DNA of 32,000 nucleotides from Candidatus Omnitrophota bacterium (GTDB lineage Bacteria > Omnitrophota > Gorgyraeia > 2-01-FULL-45-10): positions 180,001 to 212,000 of the forward strand of contig JAMWCX010000002.1 in assembly GCA_023818895.1 (NCBI GenBank), in the 5' to 3' direction. Under the pieces are notes generated by a model. The model ran no database searches, was not told the DNA's origin, and saw nothing but the letters and a program-made list of their open reading frames with translations. Each line of letters opens with the position of its first letter. Position 1 is the stretch's first letter. Shown here piece by piece: positions 1 to 9,236 of this stretch. Both the position numbers and the translations under genes were made by a program.

Positions 1-18
1 ACATTTGGCCAGTATCAT
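1..18 (-). CDS. First 6 codons of the next downstream gene, which runs off the window; probably the second ATPase of the ABC importer
   Basis: ATG at 16-18 overlaps the TGA (15-17) of the preceding ATPase gene as ATGA. It reads MILAKC before the window edge. Identity is inferred only from the usual oppABCDF-like gene order. Confidence 0.25.
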
Positions 19-800
19 GCGAGCGCCTTTACGGATTCCAATAACGCTATTGTATAAGGATCCTTGGGTCTTCCTATAACCATCTTCGTATCACCGAACT
101 CCACTATTTTTCCTTTATTCATCACGGCGACCCTGTCGCACATTTTCGCTATTATGCCGAAATCGTGACTTATAAATAGGACCGAGAGGTTCTCACGCTT
201 GATTATCTCCTCGAGAAGCTCGAGTATCTGTGCCTGTGTCGTTACATCAAGGGCTGTCGTTGGCTCATCAAGTATGAGAAGCTGCGGCGAATTGGCAAGC
301 GCCATCGCTATCATAGCACGTTGCTTCATCCCGCCTGAGAGTTGGTGCGGATAATCGGCGTAGACTTTATGCGAATCCGGAATCTGCGCTTTTCGAAGGA
401 ATTTCATAACTATATCCTTTACCTTCCAAGCCGCCATCGGATTGTGCGCCGTAATAGCCTCACTTATCTGATAGCCGATGGTAAATACCGGGTTAAAAGC
501 GCTTGCCGGTTCCTGAAATACCATCGATATCTTTGAGCCGCGGATATCGCGCAAGGACTTTTCGTTCATAACCAATATATCTTTGCCGTTAAAAAGGATG
601 CTTCCTGACGTTATCTTCCCGGGCGGTGATATAAGCCTCAGAATCGAAAGAGCCGTCAAAGTCTTACCGCAACCTGACTCTCCTATAAGGCCAAATACCT
701 CCCCCTTCCGGATGTCAAAATTTATACCGTCGATGGGCCTGACAACACCGTACGGGGTATCGAATTGCACTCTTAAGTCCTTTACGCTTAATATATCCAT
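15..800 (-). CDS. ABC transporter ATP-binding protein, peptide/nickel (Opp/Dpp) family
   Basis: 261-aa ORF with Walker A GESGCGKT, ABC signature LSGGMKQR, Walker B LLILDEPT, H-loop ISHD, and a C-terminal DPYTxALL motif typical of OppD/DppD-type ATPases. Confidence 0.9.
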   Translation of the reverse strand: MDILSVKDLRVQFDTPYGVVRPIDGINFDIRKGEVFGLIGESGCGKTLTALSILRLISPPGKITSGSILFNGKDILVMNEKSLRDIRGSKISMVFQEPASAFNPVFTIGYQISEAITAHNPMAAWKVKDIVMKFLRKAQIPDSHKVYADYPHQLSGGMKQRAMIAMALANSPQLLILDEPTTALDVTTQAQILELLEEIIKRENLSVLFISHDFGIIAKMCDRVAVMNKGKIVEFGDTKMVIGRPKDPYTIALLESVKALA

Positions 801-801
801 C

Positions 802-1620
802 TTATTTTCGAAGCCTCGGCTCCATGAGGTCTCTCAATCCCTCCCCCAATAGATTATACGCAAGCACCGTCAGCAATATAAATACGCCTGGAAATACAGT
901 AAGCCACCAGGCAACTCCTAAAGTCGATTTGCCATCCATCAGAATGTTACCCCAGCTCGGAGTAGGCGGTTGTACCCCTATGCCCAGAAAGCTGAGCGAG
1001 GATTCAACGAGTATGGCGCCACCTACGCCAAGAGTCGCATTCACCATGACCGGCCCTATAGCGTTCGGTATCAGATGCCTGAAGATTATCCAGGCGCCGT
1101 TGGCGCCCATTACCTTTGAGGCCACCACGTAGTCCCTCTCTTTAAGGGTAAGTATCTCCGCTCTTATGAGGCGGGCTACACCCATCCAGCTGGTCGCGCC
1201 TATTATAACCATTATGTTGAATATTGAGGGTTCGAGAACCGCTATCACAGCGAGTATAAGAAAAAATGTCGGGAAGCACAGCATTATATCCACAAACCTC
1301 ATTATTATCGAATCCACCTTGCCGCCGTAATATCCGGCAACTGAACCTAAGAATACACCTATAAGCACCGCGATGCCAACAGCGATGAACCCTATCGACA
1401 AAGATATCCGCGAGCCGTAGACTATCCGCGAGAATAGATCGCGGCCGAGAGCGTCTGTGCCGAAGATATGCTTTGCGGACGGCGCGGCAAGTACATTTTT
1501 GGAATCGATATACGATGGGTCGTAGGGAGCTATAAAGGGCGCAAATAAGGCAAAAGCAATCATCAGAGTTATGAAGTCTAACCCCACAAGCGCCATTTTG
1601 TTATTTAAGAATTCTTTCAT
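802..1620 (-). CDS. ABC transporter permease (OppC/DppC-like)
   Basis: 272-aa polytopic membrane ORF. Its N-terminal region and core are typical of BPD-type inner-membrane components of peptide transporters. It ends 1 nt before the ATPase start. Confidence 0.9.
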   Translation of the reverse strand: MKEFLNNKMALVGLDFITLMIAFALFAPFIAPYDPSYIDSKNVLAAPSAKHIFGTDALGRDLFSRIVYGSRISLSIGFIAVGIAVLIGVFLGSVAGYYGGKVDSIIMRFVDIMLCFPTFFLILAVIAVLEPSIFNIMVIIGATSWMGVARLIRAEILTLKERDYVVASKVMGANGAWIIFRHLIPNAIGPVMVNATLGVGGAILVESSLSFLGIGVQPPTPSWGNILMDGKSTLGVAWWLTVFPGVFILLTVLAYNLLGEGLRDLMEPRLRK

Positions 1621-1638
1621 CTGTTCCTAATCGCCGCC

Positions 1639-2619
1639 TTAAGCATTTTCTGTAATCCTTATCCTCGGGTCAGCGTATGAATATGCGATATCCGCAAGCA
1701 AATTACCAAAAAGTGTCAGCACAGCGCCAATTGACAACACCCCCATTATCGTAGGGTAGTCACGCGCCATGACAGATTCGTAAAAAAGCCTGCCCATCCC
1801 GGGTATCGCGAATATTGATTCGAATATGACGCTTCCGCCGATGAGGCCGGGTATCGAAAGCCCCAGTATCGTGATAACCGGAAGTATAGCGTTCTTTAAA
1901 GCGTGCTTATATATAACAACCGACTCCTTCAGGCCTTTGGCACGGGCTGTCCTTATGTAGTCCTGATGCATCACGCCCACCATCGAGCCGCGCATGTAAC
2001 GCGAGATGCCCGCCAGGCTCGCGAATGCCGATATGGCAACTGGCAGCACCAAGTGCCTTGCAATATCCAGAACCTTGCCCGAGATGCCAAAATATTCGAA
2101 GTCCAGCGATTTGATACCGGATATCGGAAGCCATCCCAGCGTTATCCCAAAAAGGTTCATGAGAAGAAGCGCCAGCCAGAATTCCGGTGTTGAGAAACCA
2201 GTGAAGACGAATACTGTGGTTAATTTATCGGCAATAGAGCCTCTCCTGACGGCTGATATAACACCGAGCGGTATGCCGACAGACAATATAAGGATAAGCG
2301 ACAAGACATTGATAAGAAGCGTGATAGGAATTCTCTCGGCTATTTTTTCTGACACAGGTCTATCGTCTATATAAGAACGGCCAAAATCCAGCGTCATAAG
2401 CCGCTTGAGCCAATTCAGGTATTGGATATGAATCGGTTTATCAAGGCCGTAGAGCTTTTCAAGCTTAATGCGTGCCTCATATGAGACCTTGGGGTCCAGG
2501 CTTGTCTGTATATCGGTGGGCTTACCCGGCGCAAGGTGAATCACAAAGAAGGAGATTAGTGTTATGCCGAAGAAGACTGGCACAAGACCCATCAACCTTT
2601 TGACTATATATCTTATCAT
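1639..2619 (-). CDS. ABC transporter permease (OppB/DppB-like)
   Basis: 326-aa ORF starting MIRYIVKRL...HLAPGKP, the typical OppB/DppB N-terminus. It also has the EAA-like loop [10 protein letters not shown]. Its start overlaps the binding-protein stop (ATGA). Confidence 0.9.
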   Translation of the reverse strand: MIRYIVKRLMGLVPVFFGITLISFFVIHLAPGKPTDIQTSLDPKVSYEARIKLEKLYGLDKPIHIQYLNWLKRLMTLDFGRSYIDDRPVSEKIAERIPITLLINVLSLILILSVGIPLGVISAVRRGSIADKLTTVFVFTGFSTPEFWLALLLMNLFGITLGWLPISGIKSLDFEYFGISGKVLDIARHLVLPVAISAFASLAGISRYMRGSMVGVMHQDYIRTARAKGLKESVVIYKHALKNAILPVITILGLSIPGLIGGSVIFESIFAIPGMGRLFYESVMARDYPTIMGVLSIGAVLTLFGNLLADIAYSYADPRIRITENA

Positions 2620-4283
2620 CTATATCGTTGCTCCGACTTTGGGACATACCACTTTATGATATTATATCCTATTCCTATCGGCGATACCTCCACATTTCGG
2701 AAACGTTTGCTGATTATGGACAAGGCTTCCGATGAATAAAGGAAAAGGCACGGTTGCTCACTATATATTATTTCATGAATCCTGTGGTAGGCGGCGGCGC
2801 GCTTTCTCTGGTCAAATGTCCTCCTCGCCTCCTCAAGCAATCTGTCAACCTCAGCGTTATTATACCCTATAAAGTTAAACTCCCCGTCGCGCGTCTTTGA
2901 TGAATGCCAAATATCGTAATTATCGGGATCTCTCGCCAAAGACCAGCCCATGAGGACCGCCTCGAAGCGTCTCTTATTTATAAACTCGTTTATAAGCGTG
3001 CTCCACTCCAGGACCCTTATCTTTACCCTTATGCCGATATCCTTAAGATAGTTCTGTATCATCTCGGCCGTCCTCAAGCGCTCGGCGTTGCCCTGATTGA
3101 CGATCACGGTAAACTCGAATGGTTTACCGTCCTTCTCGACCCAGCCATCGCCGTCGACATCCACCCACCCCGCCTGGCCGAGCAGCTCCCGCGCCCTGGC
3201 CTGGTCAAACTGTACAGGCTTGACGTCTTTATTGTATGCCCAGGAATCTATCATAAAAGGGCCTGTGACGACACGGCCGAGCCCGAAAAATATGGTATCT
3301 ACGATCTCCTGTTTATTTATCGCGTAATTTATGGCCTGCCTAACACGCACATCCTGAAATCGCGGATCCTGCAGATTGTATCCTAAGTATGTATAGCCGA
3401 AGCTCGGATATTTAAACTTTACATAGTTGCGCCTGAAAAAATCATTATCCGTCTGCCGCGTGTACTGCAGTGGCGAAAGTCCAGTCCAGTCCACGCCCTT
3501 GGTCTGAAGCTCAAGAAATATGGTGGCGTCATCCGGTATGATCCGGTATATGAATCGGTCGATAAATGGTCTTCCCTCGAAATAATCATGATTTGACACA
3601 AGCTCTATCTTCTCACCTGTCTTCCATACTTTGAACTTGTAGGGCCCTGTCCCTATGGGATGACGGCCGAATGACGTCTTGTTAAGATCCTCGTTTTTAA
3701 GTATATGTCGCGGCATTATAGGCATGCCCCAGCTTGACAAGGCGGGCGAGAATGGCTCTTTATAAGTGATTTTGACGGTATACTCATCAATAACTTCAAA
3801 CTTTTCGACTCGTTCGAAATCGCCGCTATAGGGGGTCTTGACGTTCGGATCTGTGAGTTTCGAGTATGTAAACTCTACATCATAAGATGTGAAAGGCTCG
3901 CCGTCATGCCACCTGACCCCTTTTTTTAGATGGAACACTATCGTCAGGCCTCCGTCGAGGATATCCCAGCTTTCAGCCAAGTCTCCGACTATATTAACAT
4001 CCTTGTCATACTTTACCAGGCCATTAAAGACCAGGCCGCATATTTCACTTGAAGCGGAGTCAGAGGCAAGTATCGGCACTAACGTTCTGGCATCGCCTAT
4101 AGATCCCATAACGACAGCATCGCCGTAGGATGGCTTATCCGGATTTATTTCGGCAGCCGTCATAACAGCAACGGATAAAAAGAAAAATACCGCTGATGAT
4201 ATCAGCGGTATTCTATTAAAAACCCCGCGTTGCCGGGACACGTTTCTAAAGATGGGCTCCTCTTTTAAAAGCGTCCCGATCAT
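2616..4283 (-). CDS. ABC transporter substrate-binding protein, family 5 (peptide/nickel)
   Basis: 555-aa ORF with an N-terminal hydrophobic signal-like segment ([21 protein letters not shown]) and family-5 SBP-like sequence throughout. It sits first in the transporter gene order. Confidence 0.85.
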   Translation of the reverse strand: MIGTLLKEEPIFRNVSRQRGVFNRIPLISSAVFFFLSVAVMTAAEINPDKPSYGDAVVMGSIGDARTLVPILASDSASSEICGLVFNGLVKYDKDVNIVGDLAESWDILDGGLTIVFHLKKGVRWHDGEPFTSYDVEFTYSKLTDPNVKTPYSGDFERVEKFEVIDEYTVKITYKEPFSPALSSWGMPIMPRHILKNEDLNKTSFGRHPIGTGPYKFKVWKTGEKIELVSNHDYFEGRPFIDRFIYRIIPDDATIFLELQTKGVDWTGLSPLQYTRQTDNDFFRRNYVKFKYPSFGYTYLGYNLQDPRFQDVRVRQAINYAINKQEIVDTIFFGLGRVVTGPFMIDSWAYNKDVKPVQFDQARARELLGQAGWVDVDGDGWVEKDGKPFEFTVIVNQGNAERLRTAEMIQNYLKDIGIRVKIRVLEWSTLINEFINKRRFEAVLMGWSLARDPDNYDIWHSSKTRDGEFNFIGYNNAEVDRLLEEARRTFDQRKRAAAYHRIHEIIYSEQPCLFLYSSEALSIISKRFRNVEVSPIGIGYNIIKWYVPKSEQRYR

Positions 4284-4301
4284 ATCATTGGGACCTTTAT
4301 A

Positions 4302-4625
4302 TTAAAACTCAAAGTCGTCCGGCAATGGCTGGGGAGTAGCCGGCACGCCCGGTGTTGAAACCGGCACCGCGCCGCTGCCAGTGACAAGAGACCGGCCCCT
4401 GTGGCTTGTCATAACCGCCAGGGTCAGGCAGGTAAGTATGTATATGATAGCGCAGACTTCTGTCGCCCTTTTAAGTACTACAGATGCCCTCGTGCCAAGA
4501 ATAGTCTGGGTTGAGGCTCCGAAAGTCTCGCTCAGCCCTCCTCCCCTTCCGGCCTGCAACAATATCACAGCGATTAATACCAGCGAAACAAAAACGTGTA
4601 TTCCAATTATCAGCCAGTATAACAT
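4302..4625 (-). CDS. secG: Preprotein translocase subunit SecG
   Basis: 107-aa ORF with two TM segments and the SecG hallmark LLQxGRGGGLSxxFG. It follows tpiA, a common synteny. GGAG lies 9 nt upstream of the ATG. Confidence 0.85.
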   Translation of the reverse strand: MLYWLIIGIHVFVSLVLIAVILLQAGRGGGLSETFGASTQTILGTRASVVLKRATEVCAIIYILTCLTLAVMTSHRGRSLVTGSGAVPVSTPGVPATPQPLPDDFEF

Positions 4626-4637
4626 TTGCTAAACTCC

Positions 4638-4664
4638 GTTTTTTAGCTACGTTTTTTTAGCTAC
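4638..4664. repeat. Tandem direct repeat (13 nt + 14 nt): GTTTTTTAGCTAC / GTTTTTTTAGCTAC
   Basis: Read directly in the tpiA-secG spacer. The second copy contains the tpiA TAG stop codon (4661-4663). Confidence 0.85.
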
Positions 4665-5416
4665 AGACAACCTTTTACTATCTGCGTGAATGAATCTGCC
4701 TTAAGGCTCGCCCCTCCGACGAGCGCGCCATCTACGTCTTCCTGCGAGATGAGCTCCCTTATATTATCCGGTTTTACGCTTCCGCCGTACTGTATACGCG
4801 TTTCTTTGGCCACATCGGAGCCATACGCCTTCATAAGAAGACCGCGGATATAGCTATGAACCTCCTGAGCCTGCTCCTTTGTGGCAACCACTCCTGTTCC
4901 GATTGCCCAAACGGGTTCATAAGCTATGACAGTCTTTAGCATATCGTCTTTTGAAAGGCCGGCTAAAGAATTCTCAACGTGGTCTTTTACGACATCAAAC
5001 GTCCTGCCGGCCTGCCGTTCCTCGAGCTTTTCTCCTACGCAGACTATCGGCCTTAATCCTTCTTTAATGGCCGCCTTTACCTTCTTGTTGACTGTGTCGT
5101 TGGTTTCGTTAAAATACTGCCTTCGCTCTGAATGGCCAATTATGACATACTCGCATCCTGCCGACTTTAGCATCTGGCAGGAGACCTCACCGGTAAAAGC
5201 ACCCTCTTTTTCCCAGTGACAATCCTGGGCTCCGAGCTTTATGTTAGTTCCTATAAGAGCTTCATGGACATCGGAAAGCGAGGTAAACGGCGGGCAGACG
5301 ACTATCTCTATCCCCTCGATATCAACTAGAGACCGCTTGAGGAGCGTGACGAGCTCCACCGACTCGTCTATTGTCTTGTACATCTTCCAGTTTCCGGCTA
5401 TTATTATCCTGCGCAT
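4661..5416 (-). CDS. tpiA: Triosephosphate isomerase
   Basis: Strong TIM similarity (IIAGNWKM, GHSERR, AYEPVWAIGTG, YGGSV). Start chosen at ATG 5414-5416 ([12 protein letters not shown]), which has GGGAG 7 nt upstream and overlaps the pgk TAA as TAATG. The ORF track's longer start at 5437 adds 7 atypical residues. Confidence 0.93.
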   Translation of the reverse strand: MRRIIIAGNWKMYKTIDESVELVTLLKRSLVDIEGIEIVVCPPFTSLSDVHEALIGTNIKLGAQDCHWEKEGAFTGEVSCQMLKSAGCEYVIIGHSERRQYFNETNDTVNKKVKAAIKEGLRPIVCVGEKLEERQAGRTFDVVKDHVENSLAGLSKDDMLKTVIAYEPVWAIGTGVVATKEQAQEVHSYIRGLLMKAYGSDVAKETRIQYGGSVKPDNIRELISQEDVDGALVGGASLKADSFTQIVKGCL

Positions 5417-6627
5417 TACCTGCTCCCGCAGCAGCATCCCGACTTTTTATCATTGAGAGCGTCTATCCCAGGAAGCCCACGCCCTTCGAGATATTCCAGC
5501 GAAGCGCCGCCACCGGTGGATATATGCGACATCTTATCTTCTACCTTGAACTTCGTCATAGCGGCCGCGGTATCTCCTCCGCCTATTATGGATACGACTC
5601 CTTTTAAGGAGGCGATAAATTTTGCTATCTCTTCAGTTCCTTTGGCAAATTTATCCATCTCGAACACACCGAGCGGGCCGTTCCAGACGATCGTCCTCGC
5701 TGTCCTCAGTTTGTCTTCGAACAGCTTTATAGTCTTGGGCCCTATATCGAGACCCATCCAACCATCGGGAATATTCTCGCCCACAACTTGCGTATTCGCG
5801 TTGGCGTCGAATTTATCACCGATAACGTTATCGATCGGAAGAAGTATCGGGATATTTTTCTTCGCCGCTTTATCAAGCGCGGCCTTGGCGATCTCAAAAC
5901 CATCCTTGTCGAGTTTGGAAGAACCGATGGCCTTACCCTGCGCCTTGAGAAAGGTATAGGCCATTCCGCCACCTATGATAAGCGCGTCGACCTTGTTAAG
6001 GAGGTTATTGATGACCTTTATCTTGTCCTTTACCTTCGCGCCGCCCAGTATCGCAACAAAAGGCCTCTTAGGGTTGTCAACGGCATTCCCAAGATACTGG
6101 ATCTCCTTCTCAAGCAAAAATCCCGCCACAGACGGAAGATAATGGGTAACCCCTTCCGTTGAGGCGTGGGCCCTATGGGCCGTGCCGAACGCGTCGTTCA
6201 CGAAGACATCCCCAAAAGAGGCAAGCTCTTTGGCAAAACCGGCATCGTTGGCCTCTTCTTCTGGATGAAACCTGAGGTTTTCAAGCAAAATGACATCGCC
6301 CGGCTTCATCGATTCTACGCGCTTTTTGACGTCAGGACCAATGCAGTCCTTGAGCATTGTTACAGGCTTTCCCAATATCTCTGAAAGCCTTTTCGCACAG
6401 GGCGCAAGGCTCATCTTTTCATTAAACTTTCCATCCGGCCTGCCCAGATGGCTCATCAATATGACTTTCGAGTCATTGTCAACAGCGTACTTTATTGTCG
6501 GAACGGCTGCCCTTATCCTGATATCATCGGTTATATTGCAATTATCATCGAGCGGAACGTTAAAATCTACCCTCATCAAAACTCTCTTGTTTTTCAAATC
6601 AACATCCCGGATAGTCTTCTTAGCCAT
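5416..6627 (-). CDS. pgk: Phosphoglycerate kinase
   Basis: 403-aa ORF with canonical PGK motifs ([37 protein letters not shown]). AAAGGAGAAG precedes the ATG. Confidence 0.95.
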   Translation of the reverse strand: MAKKTIRDVDLKNKRVLMRVDFNVPLDDNCNITDDIRIRAAVPTIKYAVDNDSKVILMSHLGRPDGKFNEKMSLAPCAKRLSEILGKPVTMLKDCIGPDVKKRVESMKPGDVILLENLRFHPEEEANDAGFAKELASFGDVFVNDAFGTAHRAHASTEGVTHYLPSVAGFLLEKEIQYLGNAVDNPKRPFVAILGGAKVKDKIKVINNLLNKVDALIIGGGMAYTFLKAQGKAIGSSKLDKDGFEIAKAALDKAAKKNIPILLPIDNVIGDKFDANANTQVVGENIPDGWMGLDIGPKTIKLFEDKLRTARTIVWNGPLGVFEMDKFAKGTEEIAKFIASLKGVVSIIGGGDTAAAMTKFKVEDKMSHISTGGGASLEYLEGRGLPGIDALNDKKSGCCCGSR

Positions 6628-6672
6628 AGTATCTTCTCCTTTTAGGTAGTTATATTTATATAAGGAAATATG

Positions 6673-6701
6673 ATTATAATGGCGTCGTCATACAATGTCA
6701 A
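6673..6701 (-). promoter_or_regulatory. Sigma70-type promoter for pgk-tpiA-secG: TTGACA-17 nt-TATAAT
   Basis: On the minus strand, TTGACA (6696-6701), a 17-nt spacer and TATAAT (6673-6678) lie about 45 nt upstream of the pgk ATG in a 157-nt intergenic gap. Both hexamers match consensus perfectly. Confidence 0.55.
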
Positions 6702-6784
6702 TAGGATTGTTGAGTGTTTCCCTAGCGACTTAATCTGGCCAATCGGTTAAATCCTGTTATATTCCTTGAAAAACACAAAAAATT

Positions 6785-7435
6785 TTACTTAAATATGAAT
6801 CCGGTCTGGAGAGACCAAAAGAGAAGATCGAGATCTTCAAGCGGGATTTTTATCTTTTTAGAAAATTTTCGCATCTTTTCCTCAATGGCAAGATAGCCCT
6901 TATGGGAACCAATCGAGGAAGGCACACTGGAGATGACACCGTATCTTTTAAGGTTCTTTAGGATATGCCTGTCTAAGATGGCGATATCGCTTCCTAATCC
7001 TATATTTCTTAGGAAGTGGCTTGCCTCCTTATAACCGTAGCCTTTGATATTCTTAACAAGCCAATCGCGCGTGGCAATGATATCCTTTTTATCCAATCTT
7101 TTTTTAATATTTAAGCCTTTGCCATTTTTAAAAACATTACGGGCGGCGACTAAAAAATCTGCCTTCTTATTATGAAAACGCACCCTCCCTTTTAAGATGG
7201 GCTTTATGCGGCAGCGGCTACCACTCAGCAGAAGCTTTTTTTCTCTCAGTTTTCTTATCGCCTCATCGCACTTAAGGGCATTGGCATTCGCGGTTAATAT
7301 GCAGAAACAAAGTTCTGAAAATATCTCTTCGTCTCGTTTTTTACTATTCGCTCTGAACTCGGCAAGCCTTTTCTTAATGAGGGGCTTTAGCTTAAGGTAG
7401 GAGGCAAGAAGATCTTTAGCGGTTTGATGCTTCAT
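6785..7435 (-). CDS. ogg: 8-oxoguanine DNA glycosylase/AP lyase, archaeal Ogg2 type
   Basis: 216-aa ORF closely resembling Methanocaldococcus/Thermotoga-type Ogg (ELCFCILTAN, NIKGYGYKEASHFLRNIG helix-hairpin-helix, AILDRHIL, LDLLFW). Its start overlaps the upstream stop (ATGA). Confidence 0.88.
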   Translation of the reverse strand: MKHQTAKDLLASYLKLKPLIKKRLAEFRANSKKRDEEIFSELCFCILTANANALKCDEAIRKLREKKLLLSGSRCRIKPILKGRVRFHNKKADFLVAARNVFKNGKGLNIKKRLDKKDIIATRDWLVKNIKGYGYKEASHFLRNIGLGSDIAILDRHILKNLKRYGVISSVPSSIGSHKGYLAIEEKMRKFSKKIKIPLEDLDLLFWSLQTGFIFK

Positions 7436-8334
7436 CGTTGCTGGCTTATATATTTGAAAGCCGCAAGAGCGGCTTTTGCGCCTTCGCCTGCCGCGATTAT
7501 TATCTGTTTTTCCGGCACATCCGTAACATCACCGGCGGCGAATATGCCCGGAACGGATGTTTCGTTCCGGCAGTTTATCTTTATCTCCTGTGCCTGATTT
7601 CTTTCAACTATCTTAGCGAAAGAGGAATTAGGGATGAGTCCTATCTCCACAAATATACCCTGAACCGATATATCTTCCTCGTTTCCATATTTTGATATTC
7701 TGATACCAGTAACCATCTTGTCGCCGTTTATAGCAACAACTTTGCTGTCATTATAGATCTTCACGACGGGGCTCGCCTCAACTTTCTCTTTCATGACAGG
7801 GTCTCCGCCCAGTCTGGGCGTGTTATTTATCACATATACCTTGTTTGCTATCTTGATGAGCTGCAGGGCGGCGTCCAAAGCGGAGTTGCCACCGCCTATA
7901 ACAGCCACATCCTTGCCGGCAAAAAGCGGTCCGTCGCAGGTAGCGCAATAGGTAAGGCCTCTGTTCTTGAAATGCGCCTCTTGAGGCACACCCAGATCCC
8001 TTGAGACCTTCCCTGACGCGATTATAACAGCCTTGGAATCATAAAAGCTTTTGTTGGTCTTTACTTTTACAATCTCGCCGGATTTCTCAAGATCGACAAC
8101 CGCCTCGCCTTCTTTGATATCGATGCGGTACTTACGCATGTGCTCTTCGAATTTAGAGACCAGTTCAGGGCCGGTCACAAACTGGTAACCGGTATAATTT
8201 TCGACATCGCCAGACCAGGCAGCCTGGCCGCCGATATCTCGGGTTATCACAAGAAAATTCATCTTCTTGCGCGCCGCGTATACGGCCGCTGTGATGCCCG
8301 CCGGCCCCGCTCCTATTATTATCAGGTCGTACAT
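7432..8334 (-). CDS. Thioredoxin-disulfide reductase family flavoprotein (low-Mr TrxR/AhpF-C-like); pyridine-nucleotide specificity motif absent
   Basis: 300-aa ORF with FAD motif GAGPAG, redox CATC (residues 130-133), a second GGGNSA motif and C-terminal GDV motif. The HRRxxxR position reads INNTPRL. Confidence 0.85.
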   Translation of the reverse strand: MYDLIIIGAGPAGITAAVYAARKKMNFLVITRDIGGQAAWSGDVENYTGYQFVTGPELVSKFEEHMRKYRIDIKEGEAVVDLEKSGEIVKVKTNKSFYDSKAVIIASGKVSRDLGVPQEAHFKNRGLTYCATCDGPLFAGKDVAVIGGGNSALDAALQLIKIANKVYVINNTPRLGGDPVMKEKVEASPVVKIYNDSKVVAINGDKMVTGIRISKYGNEEDISVQGIFVEIGLIPNSSFAKIVERNQAQEIKINCRNETSVPGIFAAGDVTDVPEKQIIIAAGEGAKAALAAFKYISQQR

Positions 8335-8570
8335 TATAATCCCAGCGCCTCTTTTATCTTCTCCTTGTCAAAACCTACAATGATCTTGCCGTCTATGTCC
8401 AGGACCGGCACCCCCATCTGCCCGGACTTATTTATCATCTCCTGCGCCTTCAGCTGGTCTGATCCGACATCGTAATTGGTGAATTCGATATTATTATCCT
8501 TAAGAAACTGCTTTACCCGTATGCAGAACGGGCATGTCGAGGTACTGTATACCGTAACGTTCTTTGCCAT
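8334..8570 (-). CDS. Glutaredoxin/NrdH-like small redoxin
   Basis: 78-aa ORF with a thioredoxin-fold pattern: active site CPFC near the N-terminus and GVPVL...G motifs. Its stop overlaps the TrxR start (TAATG). GGAGAAAACG precedes the ATG. Confidence 0.8.
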   Translation of the reverse strand: MAKNVTVYSTSTCPFCIRVKQFLKDNNIEFTNYDVGSDQLKAQEMINKSGQMGVPVLDIDGKIIVGFDKEKIKEALGL

Positions 8571-8579
8571 CGTTTTCTC

Positions 8580-9227
8580 CTATTTTATTATCTTTTTAAG
8601 CTCTATCAAGTCCTCTATAATAAAATCAGGGCCGAGGTGCCTGATGTCCTCCATCTTTCCCAGTCCGTGTGTGACCCAACAAGTCTTTATGCCGGCGTTT
8701 TTCCCGGTCATTATATCCACATCCATATCACCCACTATGAGGGATCTTTTCCTGTCAATCTTAAGTACCGGATCTACCGTATCTATAATGCACGCGTTAG
8801 GCTTAAGGCATGACTCGTCGTCACCGCCTATTATGTAATCGAAATAATGCATTATCCCAAGTCCGGTGAGAGTCGCCCTAGCGAAGTCTTTGTAACGGTT
8901 AGTCAGGATGATCTTCCGCTTGTCTTTGAAGTAATCGAGTATTTCCTTCGCGTTGGGATAAAGAGTGGTCTCATCCACGGCATGTGACATGAAATACTCC
9001 CAATAAAGGTCACTTCCTTTCTGCACCGTCGCTTCATCAGCTGCCGGACCCATACAGTTCCTTACAAGGTCTTTTACGCCGTTACCGACATGCGAAACTA
9101 TTTCTTCGCGCGACAGCTTTCTGAAGCCAAGAGACACCAGGGCATAGTTCATGGCATTTGCTATATCCCTGCTTGAGTCAACAAGCGTGCCGTCCACATC
9201 GAAAAATATGGTGTCGACCTCGAACAT
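8580..9227 (-). CDS. HAD-superfamily hydrolase, phosphoglycolate phosphatase-like
   Basis: 215-aa ORF with HAD motif I (FFDVDGTLVDS), motif II (LTN) and motif IV (VGDMDVD). Overall it resembles the Gph/PGP subfamily. Substrate is not determinable from sequence. Confidence 0.75.
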   Translation of the reverse strand: MFEVDTIFFDVDGTLVDSSRDIANAMNYALVSLGFRKLSREEIVSHVGNGVKDLVRNCMGPAADEATVQKGSDLYWEYFMSHAVDETTLYPNAKEILDYFKDKRKIILTNRYKDFARATLTGLGIMHYFDYIIGGDDESCLKPNACIIDTVDPVLKIDRKRSLIVGDMDVDIMTGKNAGIKTCWVTHGLGKMEDIRHLGPDFIIEDLIELKKIIK

Positions 9228-9236
9228 TTCTAATCC

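Noticed and set aside
5417-5437. Longer tpiA start ([10 protein letters not shown]...) given by the ORF track
   Set aside because: The extension is atypical for TIM N-termini and lies wholly inside pgk. The ATG at 5414-5416 has an SD and a TAATG coupling junction. The upstream in-frame stretch matters only to the frameshift hypothesis.
6795-6825. Hairpin GGTCT-CTCC-AGACC near the ogg 3' end as a terminator
   Set aside because: It lies inside the coding sequence (codons for WSLQTG). The stem is only 5 bp, and the T-run begins about 20 nt downstream, so the geometry is not that of an intrinsic terminator.
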